32,000 bases of DNA, from assembly GCF_000392435.1 (NCBI RefSeq), contig NC_021219.1:90001-122000 (forward strand), in the 5' to 3' direction. Below the pieces are notes generated by a model. The model worked only from the letters and a program-made list of their open reading frames with translations. It ran no database searches and was not told the origin of the DNA. The position numbers and the translations under genes are program-made. Within the stretch, counting starts at the first letter, position 1. Every line of letters begins with the position of its first letter. Below are positions 1 through 8,840 of the stretch, one piece after another. The DNA comes from Candidatus Saccharimonas aalborgensis (GTDB lineage: Bacteria; Patescibacteriota; Saccharimonadia; Saccharimonadales; Saccharimonadaceae).

Positions 1-419
1 CTCGCCACAATAATGCAATCTCGGCGCGTTAAAAGCGCACTTGTCGCCGCGTGGCGCAAACGATCGATTTCTTCATTGATGGCCGAATCTTTTTCGATGT
101 ACGTGTCACTGCTCGCAATATATGCCTCGGGCTGATAATAATCAAAGTAACTGACAAAATAATGCACTTCGTTATCAGGGAAAAACTGCTTGAACTCACT
201 AAATAATTGCGCTGCAAGCGTCTTGTTGTGGGCCAATACTAGTATCGGTACATTTCGCTTGGCAATGATATTTGCCATGGTGAAAGTTTTGCCACTCCCC
301 GTCACACCGAGTAGGGTTTGTTGACGCGTTCCTGCGTCGAGTCCGGCCAGCAATTGAGTAATAGCCGTCGGCTGATCCCCAGTCGGTTTATAGGGCGAAG
401 AAAGCTGAAATATATCCAC
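1..419 (-). CDS. uvrB: UvrABC system protein B, N-terminal part (runs off the left edge)
   Basis: Reverse-strand translation from GTG at 419 gives [101 protein letters not shown], with the UvrB Walker A GVTGSGKT and the [14 protein letters not shown] region. Confidence 0.96.
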   Translation of the reverse strand, partial: MDIFQLSSPYKPTGDQPTAITQLLAGLDAGTRQQTLLGVTGSGKTFTMANIIAKRNVPILVLAHNKTLAAQLFSEFKQFFPDNEVHYFVSYFDYYQPEAYIASSDTYIEKDSAINEEIDRLRHAATSALLTRRDCIIVA

Positions 420-442
420 TCAACTATTATACGCGATCGAGC

Positions 443-1228
443 TTACTTGTAGTGAGCACTACGGAGAATATCGTAGGCCTTGTTCATGTCACTTGTGTTC
501 AGGCTGTCAAACGCAGCAGTTTTCGTATCGTATTTTGGTAAACTCGATGTTCCACCAAATCCTACCGAGCTAAATGAAAGCTGGCCATGTGCGCCATTAC
601 CATAATCCAGTTTCTTACCGCTAATGAGTGGCGTATACCCAAATCCACAGTTCTGCGTTTCGCCCAAGTTTGTTAGTTCTTTTGCAGTAGTAAGGTACAT
701 CCCTGCATGGTATTTTCCATCAATACCCTTGCTTACTACTCGAACGGCGTACGCTCTGTCATCTGACCATTCATCCGCATAGCCCGTTAGCTTCGTCGTA
801 TACACCGACATCACTGAGAGGGGCGATTTATCTTCATCTGAGCATACGCCGCCAATACCGCTAATCCCTGATTCTAGACCCAACACTTTTGTGCCAGTTT
901 CGTTTCGTATTTCAAGACGATCTATCTTGTACTCTCCTGATAACCGTCCGTCTGTAGGCTGCCCAAGATCAACCACCTTCCAGGTGTCCGGCATAGTGAA
1001 GCAGAGCTGCTCATACGTAGCGCAATATTCTTTCGAAACAACAGTAGTTTTTACTTCGTCCGATTTTGTTGTGTTTGAAACTGTATTTGTTTGTGTGGTT
1101 GATTGTTTGACGATGAAGTTTTGGTAAAATACCACACCGAGTGCCGCCACAAGCGCAACCACAAGGCCGACGATTATGATGACGTGTGCGCTACCGTGTT
1201 GGTCATATCTATTGCTCATTTCACTCAT
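443..1228 (-). CDS. Hypothetical single-pass membrane-anchored protein
   Basis: 261-aa ORF with N-terminal TM segment HVIIIVGLVVALVAALGVVFYQNFIV followed by a soluble Cys-containing domain (EYCATYEQLCFTMPDTW). Fits tightly between neighbouring genes. Confidence 0.75.
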   Translation of the reverse strand: MSEMSNRYDQHGSAHVIIIVGLVVALVAALGVVFYQNFIVKQSTTQTNTVSNTTKSDEVKTTVVSKEYCATYEQLCFTMPDTWKVVDLGQPTDGRLSGEYKIDRLEIRNETGTKVLGLESGISGIGGVCSDEDKSPLSVMSVYTTKLTGYADEWSDDRAYAVRVVSKGIDGKYHAGMYLTTAKELTNLGETQNCGFGYTPLISGKKLDYGNGAHGQLSFSSVGFGGTSSLPKYDTKTAAFDSLNTSDMNKAYDILRSAHYK

Positions 1229-1281
1229 GTATCCTATTTATGCTTTTACCATTAGTATACTCTTCGTAATAATGATTACAA

Positions 1282-1902
1282 TTATCCTCTCCGTTTGGTA
1301 TGAATTTCATCGGGAGCTATCTCGTCGCGTGCATAATCAACATCATGAAAATCAGCGTAATGTTTATCGAGCGCCTCTACTACTTTTGATACGAGTCGTT
1401 TTGGATCGGTATCGTATATGACATCCTTTGCTCCTGGAGCTTCGATATATTTGAGAAGCGTTGCGGCATAATCAGCAAGTCCACCGCTGCCGAGCAAAAT
1501 ACCGCATACCTTTCGACTTTCGAGGGCGGTCGCAAACTCGTGCAAGCTTCCCATACGACCACCGACGGTGATAACCGCATCCGCGCTACGCACGAGATGT
1601 ACATCACGACCGACGTATTCCATACTGGTAAAGTTGATGTAGTCAAACTCTTTGGTAGGTAGCCGATAGGTAGCGACGTGTTCTCGGTATGAGCTTGCTG
1701 GTGAAAAGCCGATCGATACACCTTTGGAGTTTTTTACGCTAAAAAAACCTTGCGCCGCATAATGCGGTAACCCCACCGTTGCGCCAGTTAGGAGTGTCTT
1801 ACCCGCCTTTGCAATTTCAGCACCGAGCGCATACGCCAGGTCATGTGCTTCTTTAACTGTCTCGCCAGAGGCTGCCCCCGACACGCATATTTGGTATTTC
1901 AT
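1282..1902 (-). CDS. LOG/SLOG-family (TIGR00725-like) Rossmann-fold protein
   Basis: 206 aa; YQICVSGAASG start, TGATVGLPHYAAQG, and ADAVITVGGRMGSLHEFATALE, resembling the GG.GTxxE signature of LOG-type proteins. 4-nt overlap with the upstream gene. Confidence 0.72.
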   Translation of the reverse strand: MKYQICVSGAASGETVKEAHDLAYALGAEIAKAGKTLLTGATVGLPHYAAQGFFSVKNSKGVSIGFSPASSYREHVATYRLPTKEFDYINFTSMEYVGRDVHLVRSADAVITVGGRMGSLHEFATALESRKVCGILLGSGGLADYAATLLKYIEAPGAKDVIYDTDPKRLVSKVVEALDKHYADFHDVDYARDEIAPDEIHTKRRG

Positions 1903-3395
1903 CCGTGAATCTCCTCTGCCTTATACCACTCAGGTGCTTTTGCTATATATTCCTCAACCTCTTTTGGACGCAATAATCCGGCTTGTGCTCCTAGTTGCTG
2001 AACAACACTCATACTATTGATCGGTGCCCACGTCAGTGCGGTCTCAATTGTCTCGCCTCGTGCGAGAGCTGCAACAATAGTCGATGCAAAGGCATCACCA
2101 GCGCCAGTTCGATCATATGGCGGAGCGGGATCAGGATAGTTTGGAATCTTGTAGAGTTTCCCGTCATGCGATGCATATGACCCATTGGGACCATCGGTGA
2201 TAACAACGATAGCCGGGCCCAACGCGTGCAGACCATCTGACAGCTCGCGGAGAGACTCATAAGACTTCCCCGTGACGTCAACCGCTTCTTCACGGTTCAT
2301 CACGACAATATGCGCCCTTTTGTACAACGCGGCTAATTTCTTGGCACCCCACTTGAAGTGAAATGTGCCTGGCTGAAACGCTAACTTTACATCAGGATGC
2401 TTCTCGAGGTACTCGAGCAAATCTTGGTGCAACGGCCAACTATCAGGGCTTATGAGTGATAGGTATATCCAGTCAGGCGTCGTAATCGGCTCGCGCCAGC
2501 GATATTGGTAGGCCTCATTTTTAACCAGAATTGTACGGTCAGCCCCATACCGTAGTACATAGTAGGTGCTACTCGGAGTATTCTTTTGTACGATTAACGG
2601 TTTTGTGTCGATGGATTCATGAGCAAGATAGATGAGCGAATCCTTGCCTACTTGATCATCACCAAGCCAGCTCATCAGTCCCACTCTCAACCCTAGCCGA
2701 GCGCACGAAACGGCAGCGTTTGGTGATGGCCCGACACTGCGCACGATATCAGCCCGTTCATAGGGCGGTTTACTGCCAAAAGGAATCCGCAACCACTGTT
2801 TGTCATCATTGTCTTTCTCAATGCTCGCTTCTTCCTCGAGTAGCTTAATGAACACGTCAGTAAAGATATCACCCACGCACAGAATATACGGGGCTTGTTT
2901 ACTTTTCTTCTCAAAAACCTTCTGCTCGTGATAGTCACCCATATCACACGCGCTAAGGCCTCCTTGAGAGACGAGTTCGTTGATCGCAACCTCGTCGTCA
3001 CCATCAGCCGCCACATAGCGCGCCGCAAGGCCATGTTGTAATTGGCACTGGAGATGTTTGTTTGTACGGAGTTCAAACGTCTGTGAGGTATTTTCGAGTA
3101 CATCGTCGTGATTAAAGGAAATTGGTTTGCCCTCTAGTATGAGCCCGACATCGTCACTGAACGAGAATAGCTCGCGGTTGGCCGCATGGGCATTGAGCGC
3201 TTTGTACAACTCAAGTGCCGTAGTGTCAGCCGGATCAAGACCGATGGAACGCATAATATGGTGAGCGCGAGCCGTAATGTCGGCGATATAGGCAACGTCA
3301 ACACCACGGTGACCCGTCATGCTTTCTAGTTGTCGAAGTGATGAACTAAACAGTGGTTCATGCGCATCGAGAAGTTGCTTCAAAAACTTTGCCAT
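1899..3395 (-). CDS. PfkB-family carbohydrate kinase with about 165-aa N-terminal extension
   Basis: 498 aa; C-terminal portion has PNAAVSCARLGLRVGLMSWLGDDQVG and PPYDRTGAGDAFASTIVAAL (PfkB signature 2). The N-terminal about 165 aa is not part of a standard PfkB fold. Confidence 0.88.
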   Translation of the reverse strand: MAKFLKQLLDAHEPLFSSSLRQLESMTGHRGVDVAYIADITARAHHIMRSIGLDPADTTALELYKALNAHAANRELFSFSDDVGLILEGKPISFNHDDVLENTSQTFELRTNKHLQCQLQHGLAARYVAADGDDEVAINELVSQGGLSACDMGDYHEQKVFEKKSKQAPYILCVGDIFTDVFIKLLEEEASIEKDNDDKQWLRIPFGSKPPYERADIVRSVGPSPNAAVSCARLGLRVGLMSWLGDDQVGKDSLIYLAHESIDTKPLIVQKNTPSSTYYVLRYGADRTILVKNEAYQYRWREPITTPDWIYLSLISPDSWPLHQDLLEYLEKHPDVKLAFQPGTFHFKWGAKKLAALYKRAHIVVMNREEAVDVTGKSYESLRELSDGLHALGPAIVVITDGPNGSYASHDGKLYKIPNYPDPAPPYDRTGAGDAFASTIVAALARGETIETALTWAPINSMSVVQQLGAQAGLLRPKEVEEYIAKAPEWYKAEEIHG

Positions 3396-3397
3396 AG

Positions 3398-4381
3398 CTA
3401 CTCTTTACTCCGTTGATTAAGGGGCTTTTCGTGAATCGGCATTTCGTGCAGTGTGCTATGCTTGTGCAAAATACCAGCCTTGGCGCCTATCTTTGTCACG
3501 ACCGATGTCGAATTTGCGCTCGCAAATACGATTGACTCGCGCAAGCTTTTGCCCTGTGCCCACTGACTCAAAAAACCACTCGCAAAGGCGTCACCGGCGC
3601 CAGTTCGATCAACCACCGGCACATCCTCATACATACCAGCTCGTACTATCGTCTTGCCGTCAGTGGCTACCACACCGTTTGGTCCATCGCTCACGATAGC
3701 CACTGGTACATAATTGAGAGCATGAAGCGCTAGCTCCTCACAGGTCTCACCTGAAACCAGCATTTGCATCTCCTCTTTGTTTGTGCAAAGCACATCGACA
3801 CCGTCAAGGAGGGCTACGAGTTTGTCATGTTCGGCAAGCTCGGGACCGGCGGGGTTGAGCATCACTTTGACATTGTGTTTTTCGGCCATATCGACTATCT
3901 CACGGAGCAATGGCAACCCTCCATCCCCAAGACTTGTTGGGTAAATCCAGTCATAGTCACCAATCACGTCAAGGTTGAAGTTATGCCGACCCGTGCGACC
4001 AAATGCTCGGCCACGGTGATTGAGAATCGTTCGTTCACCGTTTGTAGCAATCATAATGACCGAGTAGCCTGACTGAAAGTCACGTGCCTGTACTACATGT
4101 GTCGTGTTGACCCCCTCGTTATCGAGGTCCTGGAGGATCGACTGGCTCGCAGGGTCTTCGCCCAGCCCCCACAAATACGCACTCTCCAGTCCTTGACGAG
4201 CGAATGTCACCGCCACATTCGTCGCATTGCCACCCGTGCAAAAATGAACATCCTCGACTTCCATCTTGAGACCAAGGGGCAAATGAGTATACATATGTTT
4301 ACCCTCTTTGTGCGGATCAAACTCATCACTCTTAAGGAACACATCTTGCGTACCCTTACCGATTGCAAGTATTTTCACCAC
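3398..4381 (-). CDS. PfkB-family carbohydrate kinase
   Basis: ORF extends to 4435, but the homologous region starts at VVKILAIGKGTQDVF. GTG codons at 4381 and 4378 lie immediately after the fba stop and are the likely starts. Motifs: CTGGNATNVAVTFARQGLESAYLWGLGEDPAS and VVDRTGAGDAFASGFL. Confidence 0.88.
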   Translation of the reverse strand: MVKILAIGKGTQDVFLKSDEFDPHKEGKHMYTHLPLGLKMEVEDVHFCTGGNATNVAVTFARQGLESAYLWGLGEDPASQSILQDLDNEGVNTTHVVQARDFQSGYSVIMIATNGERTILNHRGRAFGRTGRHNFNLDVIGDYDWIYPTSLGDGGLPLLREIVDMAEKHNVKVMLNPAGPELAEHDKLVALLDGVDVLCTNKEEMQMLVSGETCEELALHALNYVPVAIVSDGPNGVVATDGKTIVRAGMYEDVPVVDRTGAGDAFASGFLSQWAQGKSLRESIVFASANSTSVVTKIGAKAGILHKHSTLHEMPIHEKPLNQRSKE

Positions 4382-4382
4382 G

Positions 4383-5294
4383 TCAGCGTACAGCCTTTCC
4401 AGTACTCCCAAAGGCGGCAATCTTTTCCTCGACAACTGCCTGAACTGCCTCGTAGACTGTCGGCATCAGTTTCACGACGGCATACTCATCGGGGTTTTCC
4501 TGTAACACTTTGACAAGCGTATCGCGGAATACTATCCGCATATCAGTATTGATATTGATCTTGCTAACACCCGCTTTGCTGGCTTCCTCGAAGTAATTCA
4601 GAGGTGTGCCTGATCCTCCATGCAAGCTAATTTGGCAGTCAATTGTCTCTCTAATGCGAGCCAGCAACTCGAGATCGAGTTGTTTTGGCACATCATATTT
4701 GCCATGCAAATTGCCTATGGCTGCCGCGAAGGTATCAATTCCTGTCGCATCGACAAACGCCTTGGCGGTTTCAGGTGTTGAGAAGGTTTTTTTGATTTCT
4801 TCGTAATCAATTCCCTCGTGGTGGACATTGCTCCCGCCCGCAAAATAGTGTGGCTCACTCTCAACGAGTGCCCCCGTGAACTTTGCATATTCCACGACTT
4901 CACGAGTTTTTTGTATGATTTCTTCTTCGGATGCATCGTGATTTGCCTGGGAGATATCAATGTGGATGAATTCAAACCCAGCGTCAATTGCCCGCTTACA
5001 GGCCTCGACCGAGGGACTATGGTCGAGGTTTATGTAGATTTCTATGCCATACTCGTCTCGATAGTTATCAACCATATCGCGAATATTCTCGAGACCAAGT
5101 GCCTCAACTTCACCATGGCTGACTTCGACGAGTACGGGAGCCGTGAGTTTTTGGGCTGCTCGACAGACAGCGATCAGTGTTTCTTGGTTATCAATATTAA
5201 ACGCGCCGACCGCAAATCCCTGCTGACGACTTCGCTGCATCAAATGCCGTGCACGAATCGTCCGATCACGGATTTCGCTGATTGTCAGTCCCAT
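4383..5294 (-). CDS. fba: Class II fructose-bisphosphate aldolase
   Basis: 303 aa; GFAVGAFNIDNQETLIAVCRAAQKLTAPVLVEVSHGE, YINLDHSPSVEACKRAIDAGFEFIHIDISQ, GNLHGKYDVPKQLDLELLARI, ISLHGGSGTP and GVSKININTDMR. Confidence 0.93.
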   Translation of the reverse strand: MGLTISEIRDRTIRARHLMQRSRQQGFAVGAFNIDNQETLIAVCRAAQKLTAPVLVEVSHGEVEALGLENIRDMVDNYRDEYGIEIYINLDHSPSVEACKRAIDAGFEFIHIDISQANHDASEEEIIQKTREVVEYAKFTGALVESEPHYFAGGSNVHHEGIDYEEIKKTFSTPETAKAFVDATGIDTFAAAIGNLHGKYDVPKQLDLELLARIRETIDCQISLHGGSGTPLNYFEEASKAGVSKININTDMRIVFRDTLVKVLQENPDEYAVVKLMPTVYEAVQAVVEEKIAAFGSTGKAVR

Positions 5295-5301
5295 TGTCTC
5301 G

Positions 5302-5310
5302 CCCCCCCCC
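5302..5310 (-). repeat. Homopolymer tract, G9 on the coding strand, at the ribosome-binding position of fba
   Basis: Plus strand gCCCCCCCCCtgtag; on the minus strand ...cta caGGGGGGGGGcgagacaATG, ending 7 nt before the fba ATG at 5294. Confidence 0.9.
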
Positions 5311-5414
5311 TGTAGAAGTTGTTATGCTTATCTGTTATATAGTATACCACCCGCATCCCACAATTAAACCATTGATTTGTACATAAAATGTAAGAAATTA
5401 CTACACCGCATTGA

Positions 5415-6686
5415 TCATGATTGAGCACGTATAATTCGATCTACACTAGGAAGAAACTTCTTAGGAGCAGATATATGCGTGTGCCGCGGCTGAGTAGAGG
5501 CGTGAGCTATGATGGCGTCAATGGCCGCGCAGACTTCTGGGATAGTGACATCCCGAGCACCCTCGACGAGCGTTTCGATCGAAACTGGCGCCCAGCCAAG
5601 TTCAAGCGTATCCATGTGCAGTGCGCTTCGCTCCTCGATACCATCGAGCGTGCGCAGTAACATACCGAGATGCCCCGCACGTTTTGCGTCGAGTAAGGCA
5701 GGCAAGTATCCCGCCGAATCGACTTCAAATAATTGCCGTTGCAGGCGTCGGATGGGGCGCACGTTTTTTGCACTCGCCTCAGTGTATGCCAAAAGTGTCT
5801 GCGCTCCAGGTGCCGTAGTTTCGGACAACAGCAGGCTACTGCCATAGGCGAGCCCGCGTTTCTCACGTATCTCTTGACTCAGCCAACGTTCCATGGCATC
5901 CATAGCAATTCGATAGGCAGGGTCATACGAAAAGAACATTTCTTCTAGCTCGCGAGAGAGTGGCAGGCTTTCGGTTAAGTAAGCGCTTTCCCCTCGAGGC
6001 AAGATAAGTCCACTCGATGCCGTATTGATACGTACATTCAACGCTCTTCTCTTTTTGTCAGTCGTATCCCCTAGTGGGGCATCGAAATATTGCTCAACTG
6101 ACTCAACTACCTCTTCGTGCGAGAATGCACCTACTGCCACCACTGCCATAGCGCGCACCCGGTAGTAACGAGACCAGAAGTCTCGCAACATGTCGGCAGA
6201 GAACATTGGCTGGCGATAGCCTATGATCGGCCGCGCGACCGAACTACCAAAGAGCGCATACGAAGCCGCCATATCATGCTTAGTCTCAGGGGTCAACGAA
6301 CTCAGTCTCTCTTCTTCGATGATCGACATTTCTTTTGCAACGGCATCGACAGGAAACGTAGGATGGAGCATTACCTGGCTTAGATAGCGCATCAACGGGT
6401 CGAGGCGCTCACCCTGCGCATGATAGGCAGTTTGGACATTGGTAGTATACGCGTTTGTTGTAAAACCATGTGCATCGACAAAATGCTCCGCTGCCTCAGC
6501 ATCGATAAATTCATCTGTTCCAAGATGAAGCGCGTGCTCAAGCGCATGCGCCTTGCCGGCATCTCGTTTCGGTCCTTCAAGTCCCCCTATACCTACGTGG
6601 ACATGGACAAGACCAGTGTGAGCACCAGGCATGTGATCGGTATAAACAGTGAGGCCGTTTTGGAGGCGGCTTGACTCAATAGACAT
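5415..6686 (-). CDS. M16-family (pitrilysin/insulinase-like) zinc peptidase, single-domain
   Basis: 423 aa; LQNGLTVYTDHMPGAHTG start, HxxEH motif HALEHALHLGT, and downstream Glu in AVAKEMSIIEEERLSS. Confidence 0.88.
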   Translation of the reverse strand: MSIESSRLQNGLTVYTDHMPGAHTGLVHVHVGIGGLEGPKRDAGKAHALEHALHLGTDEFIDAEAAEHFVDAHGFTTNAYTTNVQTAYHAQGERLDPLMRYLSQVMLHPTFPVDAVAKEMSIIEEERLSSLTPETKHDMAASYALFGSSVARPIIGYRQPMFSADMLRDFWSRYYRVRAMAVVAVGAFSHEEVVESVEQYFDAPLGDTTDKKRRALNVRINTASSGLILPRGESAYLTESLPLSRELEEMFFSYDPAYRIAMDAMERWLSQEIREKRGLAYGSSLLLSETTAPGAQTLLAYTEASAKNVRPIRRLQRQLFEVDSAGYLPALLDAKRAGHLGMLLRTLDGIEERSALHMDTLELGWAPVSIETLVEGARDVTIPEVCAAIDAIIAHASTQPRHTHISAPKKFLPSVDRIIRAQS

Positions 6687-6763
6687 ATCCCCACTATAAG
6701 AGATGAGACGTCACATGCAAGCATGGGCGGATTAGCACTGAAAACGAGAGGACGCCCGACAGG

Positions 6764-7762
6764 TTAATACCCGGGTTTGTACTGCGGTCGTGAGTGAACA
6801 AATTGCTTCACACGGTCGGTAATTGCGTTATCATCGAGACCAAAATGCGCCAATACCTCTAGCGGTGCACCGGACTCGCCATAGCGATCTTGCATACCAA
6901 TCCGCAACAGCGGTGCCGGCATTTCGTCGCATAGTAGCTCGGCGACAGCACCGCCAAGTCCACCAGCAGCCTGCGCGTCCTCGCACGTGACCGCACGTCC
7001 AGTTTTTTTGACACTCACAATCAGTGTGTTACGATCGAGCGGTTTTATTGTCGGCACATGCACTACTTCGGCAGAAATCCCGCTACGGAGTAGTTTTTCT
7101 GCTGCACGAAGCGCAAACGGCGTTTCAATTCCCGTCGAAAAGAGCGTGACATCGGTTCCTTCTCTCAACACATATGCTTTACCAAGTTCAAACGGCGAAT
7201 CAGACGTACTAAAGATCGGTGTTTTCTCACGTGCGATGCGGAGATAAGAGGGGCTTGGACTTTCAGCAAGAGCACGAGTTGCTTTCTCGGCTTCGATGCT
7301 ATCGCCTGGACAGACCACAACCATATTGGGCATAACTCTCATAAGGGCGATATCTTCAAACATTTGATGCGTCGCGCCGTCGGGGCCTACCGTCGAACCA
7401 CTGTGAGCACCTACTATTTTCACCGGCAAATCGTTGAGTGCTGCGGTTGTCTTGATTTGCTCCCAGTTACGCCCAGGGCTAAAGGCTGCATAGCTGGCAG
7501 CAAACGGTATTTTGCCAGCACGAGCAAGTCCGGCCGCAACTGTCGCAAGGTTTTGCTCGGCAATACCAATCTCGATATATCTGTCGGGAAAGGCTTCGGC
7601 AAAGAGATGCATCTGCACGCTCTCAACGAGATCTGCACACAAACCGACCACCGCAGAATTCGACTCGCCCGCCGCTTTGAGACCCCGTCCAAACCCTGCC
7701 CTAGTAGGCTCACTATCTGGCATTTCATTGTATATATTCTCGTTTAGTGGGTAATTGCTCAT
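6764..7762 (-). CDS. Transketolase, C-terminal section (pyrimidine-binding plus C-terminal domains)
   Basis: 332 aa; DLVESVQMHLFAEAFPDRYIEIGIAEQNLATVAAGLARAGKIPFAASYAAFSPGR is characteristic of the transketolase C-terminal subunit. Confidence 0.93.
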   Translation of the reverse strand: MSNYPLNENIYNEMPDSEPTRAGFGRGLKAAGESNSAVVGLCADLVESVQMHLFAEAFPDRYIEIGIAEQNLATVAAGLARAGKIPFAASYAAFSPGRNWEQIKTTAALNDLPVKIVGAHSGSTVGPDGATHQMFEDIALMRVMPNMVVVCPGDSIEAEKATRALAESPSPSYLRIAREKTPIFSTSDSPFELGKAYVLREGTDVTLFSTGIETPFALRAAEKLLRSGISAEVVHVPTIKPLDRNTLIVSVKKTGRAVTCEDAQAAGGLGGAVAELLCDEMPAPLLRIGMQDRYGESGAPLEVLAHFGLDDNAITDRVKQFVHSRPQYKPGY

Positions 7763-7971
7763 CGGTCCGATCCTCTCGATAGTCTATAAAATGCTACGAT
7801 AGCAAGCAGCAACGAAGCGAATAAGCCGCCGCCATGTATTGTGCGCAGCGTCTCATCATGTGATGCCTGTATTTGCGAGACTTGTATCGACAAGAGAGCA
7901 TATACAAAGTAGGCTGCGATCACTACTGCGATACCAGCTATCAGGATGTCGATTGTGCGCGACGCTTTCAT
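7759..7971 (-). CDS. Small two-TM membrane protein between the transketolase halves
   Basis: 70 aa; hydrophobic segments IDILIAGIAVVIAAYFVYALLSI and GGGLFASLLLAIVAFYRL. Overlaps tktC by 4 nt (7759-7762) and the N-terminal transketolase gene by 1 nt (7971). Confidence 0.75.
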   Translation of the reverse strand: MKASRTIDILIAGIAVVIAAYFVYALLSIQVSQIQASHDETLRTIHGGGLFASLLLAIVAFYRLSRGSDR

Positions 7972-8831
7972 TACTCATGCTCCCCGCGGATTCGACCACC
8001 CATGGTACGAAGCTCTTTGAGCGCCTCTTTGGCTTGATCTTTGTTGGGCGGAATGCCGTGCCACTTGTAGTTATACTCCATGAAGTCGACATTTTTCCCA
8101 GGGATAGTGTGCGTAATGATGACACTCGGACGATTTTCAATTGCCTTTGCCATACCGACCGCGTCGATAATGCTTTCGACGTTGTGGCCATCGATCTCTT
8201 GGACATGCCAGCCAAAACTCTCCCACTTACCACGCAAATCTTCAAGCGGCATGACGTCTTCAGTCGGGCCATCGATCTGGATATTGTTACGATCGACAAA
8301 TACGATAAGTTGCGATAACTTATATTTTCCCGCGAACAGAGCTGATTCCCAGATGTTGCCCTCATCGAGTTCACCATCACCCGTCACGACATAGACCCAA
8401 CGATGATGTTGATGATCGAGATACTGAAGTGCATACGCATACCCAGCACCCTGGCCGATACCGCAGCCGAGCGGCCCGCTTGTGTTCTCTAGTCCAGGCA
8501 ATTTAGTTCGCTCAGGATGACCCTGAAGTCTCGTGCCAAGTCGGCGCAGCGTCATCAGCTCATCGACCGGGAAGTAGCCTCGATGCGCCATCACCGCATA
8601 TTGTACGGGCACACAGTGTCCGTTGCTAAGCATAAATATATCTCTGTCAGGATCGTCAGGACGAGCCGGATCGATATTCATGGCGTCAAAATAAAGTGCC
8701 GTTACGAGATCAGCTAACCCCAGGGGACCCGCCGAGTGACCGCTCCCCGCGTGTTCGAGCATACGCACGATATCTTTTCGCACTTCATTTGCTTTGGTCT
8801 CTAGTTGTGTAATCGTCAATCGCCCACTCAT
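7971..8831 (-). CDS. Transketolase, N-terminal section (TPP-binding)
   Basis: 286 aa; GSGHSAGPLGLADLVTALYF, LGTRLQGHPERTKLPGLENTSGPLGCGIGQGAGYA and GDGELDEGNIWESALFAGKYKLSQLIVFVDRNNIQIDG (TPP motif). Confidence 0.95.
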   Translation of the reverse strand: MSGRLTITQLETKANEVRKDIVRMLEHAGSGHSAGPLGLADLVTALYFDAMNIDPARPDDPDRDIFMLSNGHCVPVQYAVMAHRGYFPVDELMTLRRLGTRLQGHPERTKLPGLENTSGPLGCGIGQGAGYAYALQYLDHQHHRWVYVVTGDGELDEGNIWESALFAGKYKLSQLIVFVDRNNIQIDGPTEDVMPLEDLRGKWESFGWHVQEIDGHNVESIIDAVGMAKAIENRPSVIITHTIPGKNVDFMEYNYKWHGIPPNKDQAKEALKELRTMGGRIRGEHE

Positions 8832-8840
8832 GCTACTTCC

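Noticed and set aside
4818-5315. 165-aa plus-strand ORF opposite fba
   Set aside because: Shadow of fba, crossing its start and the poly-C tract.
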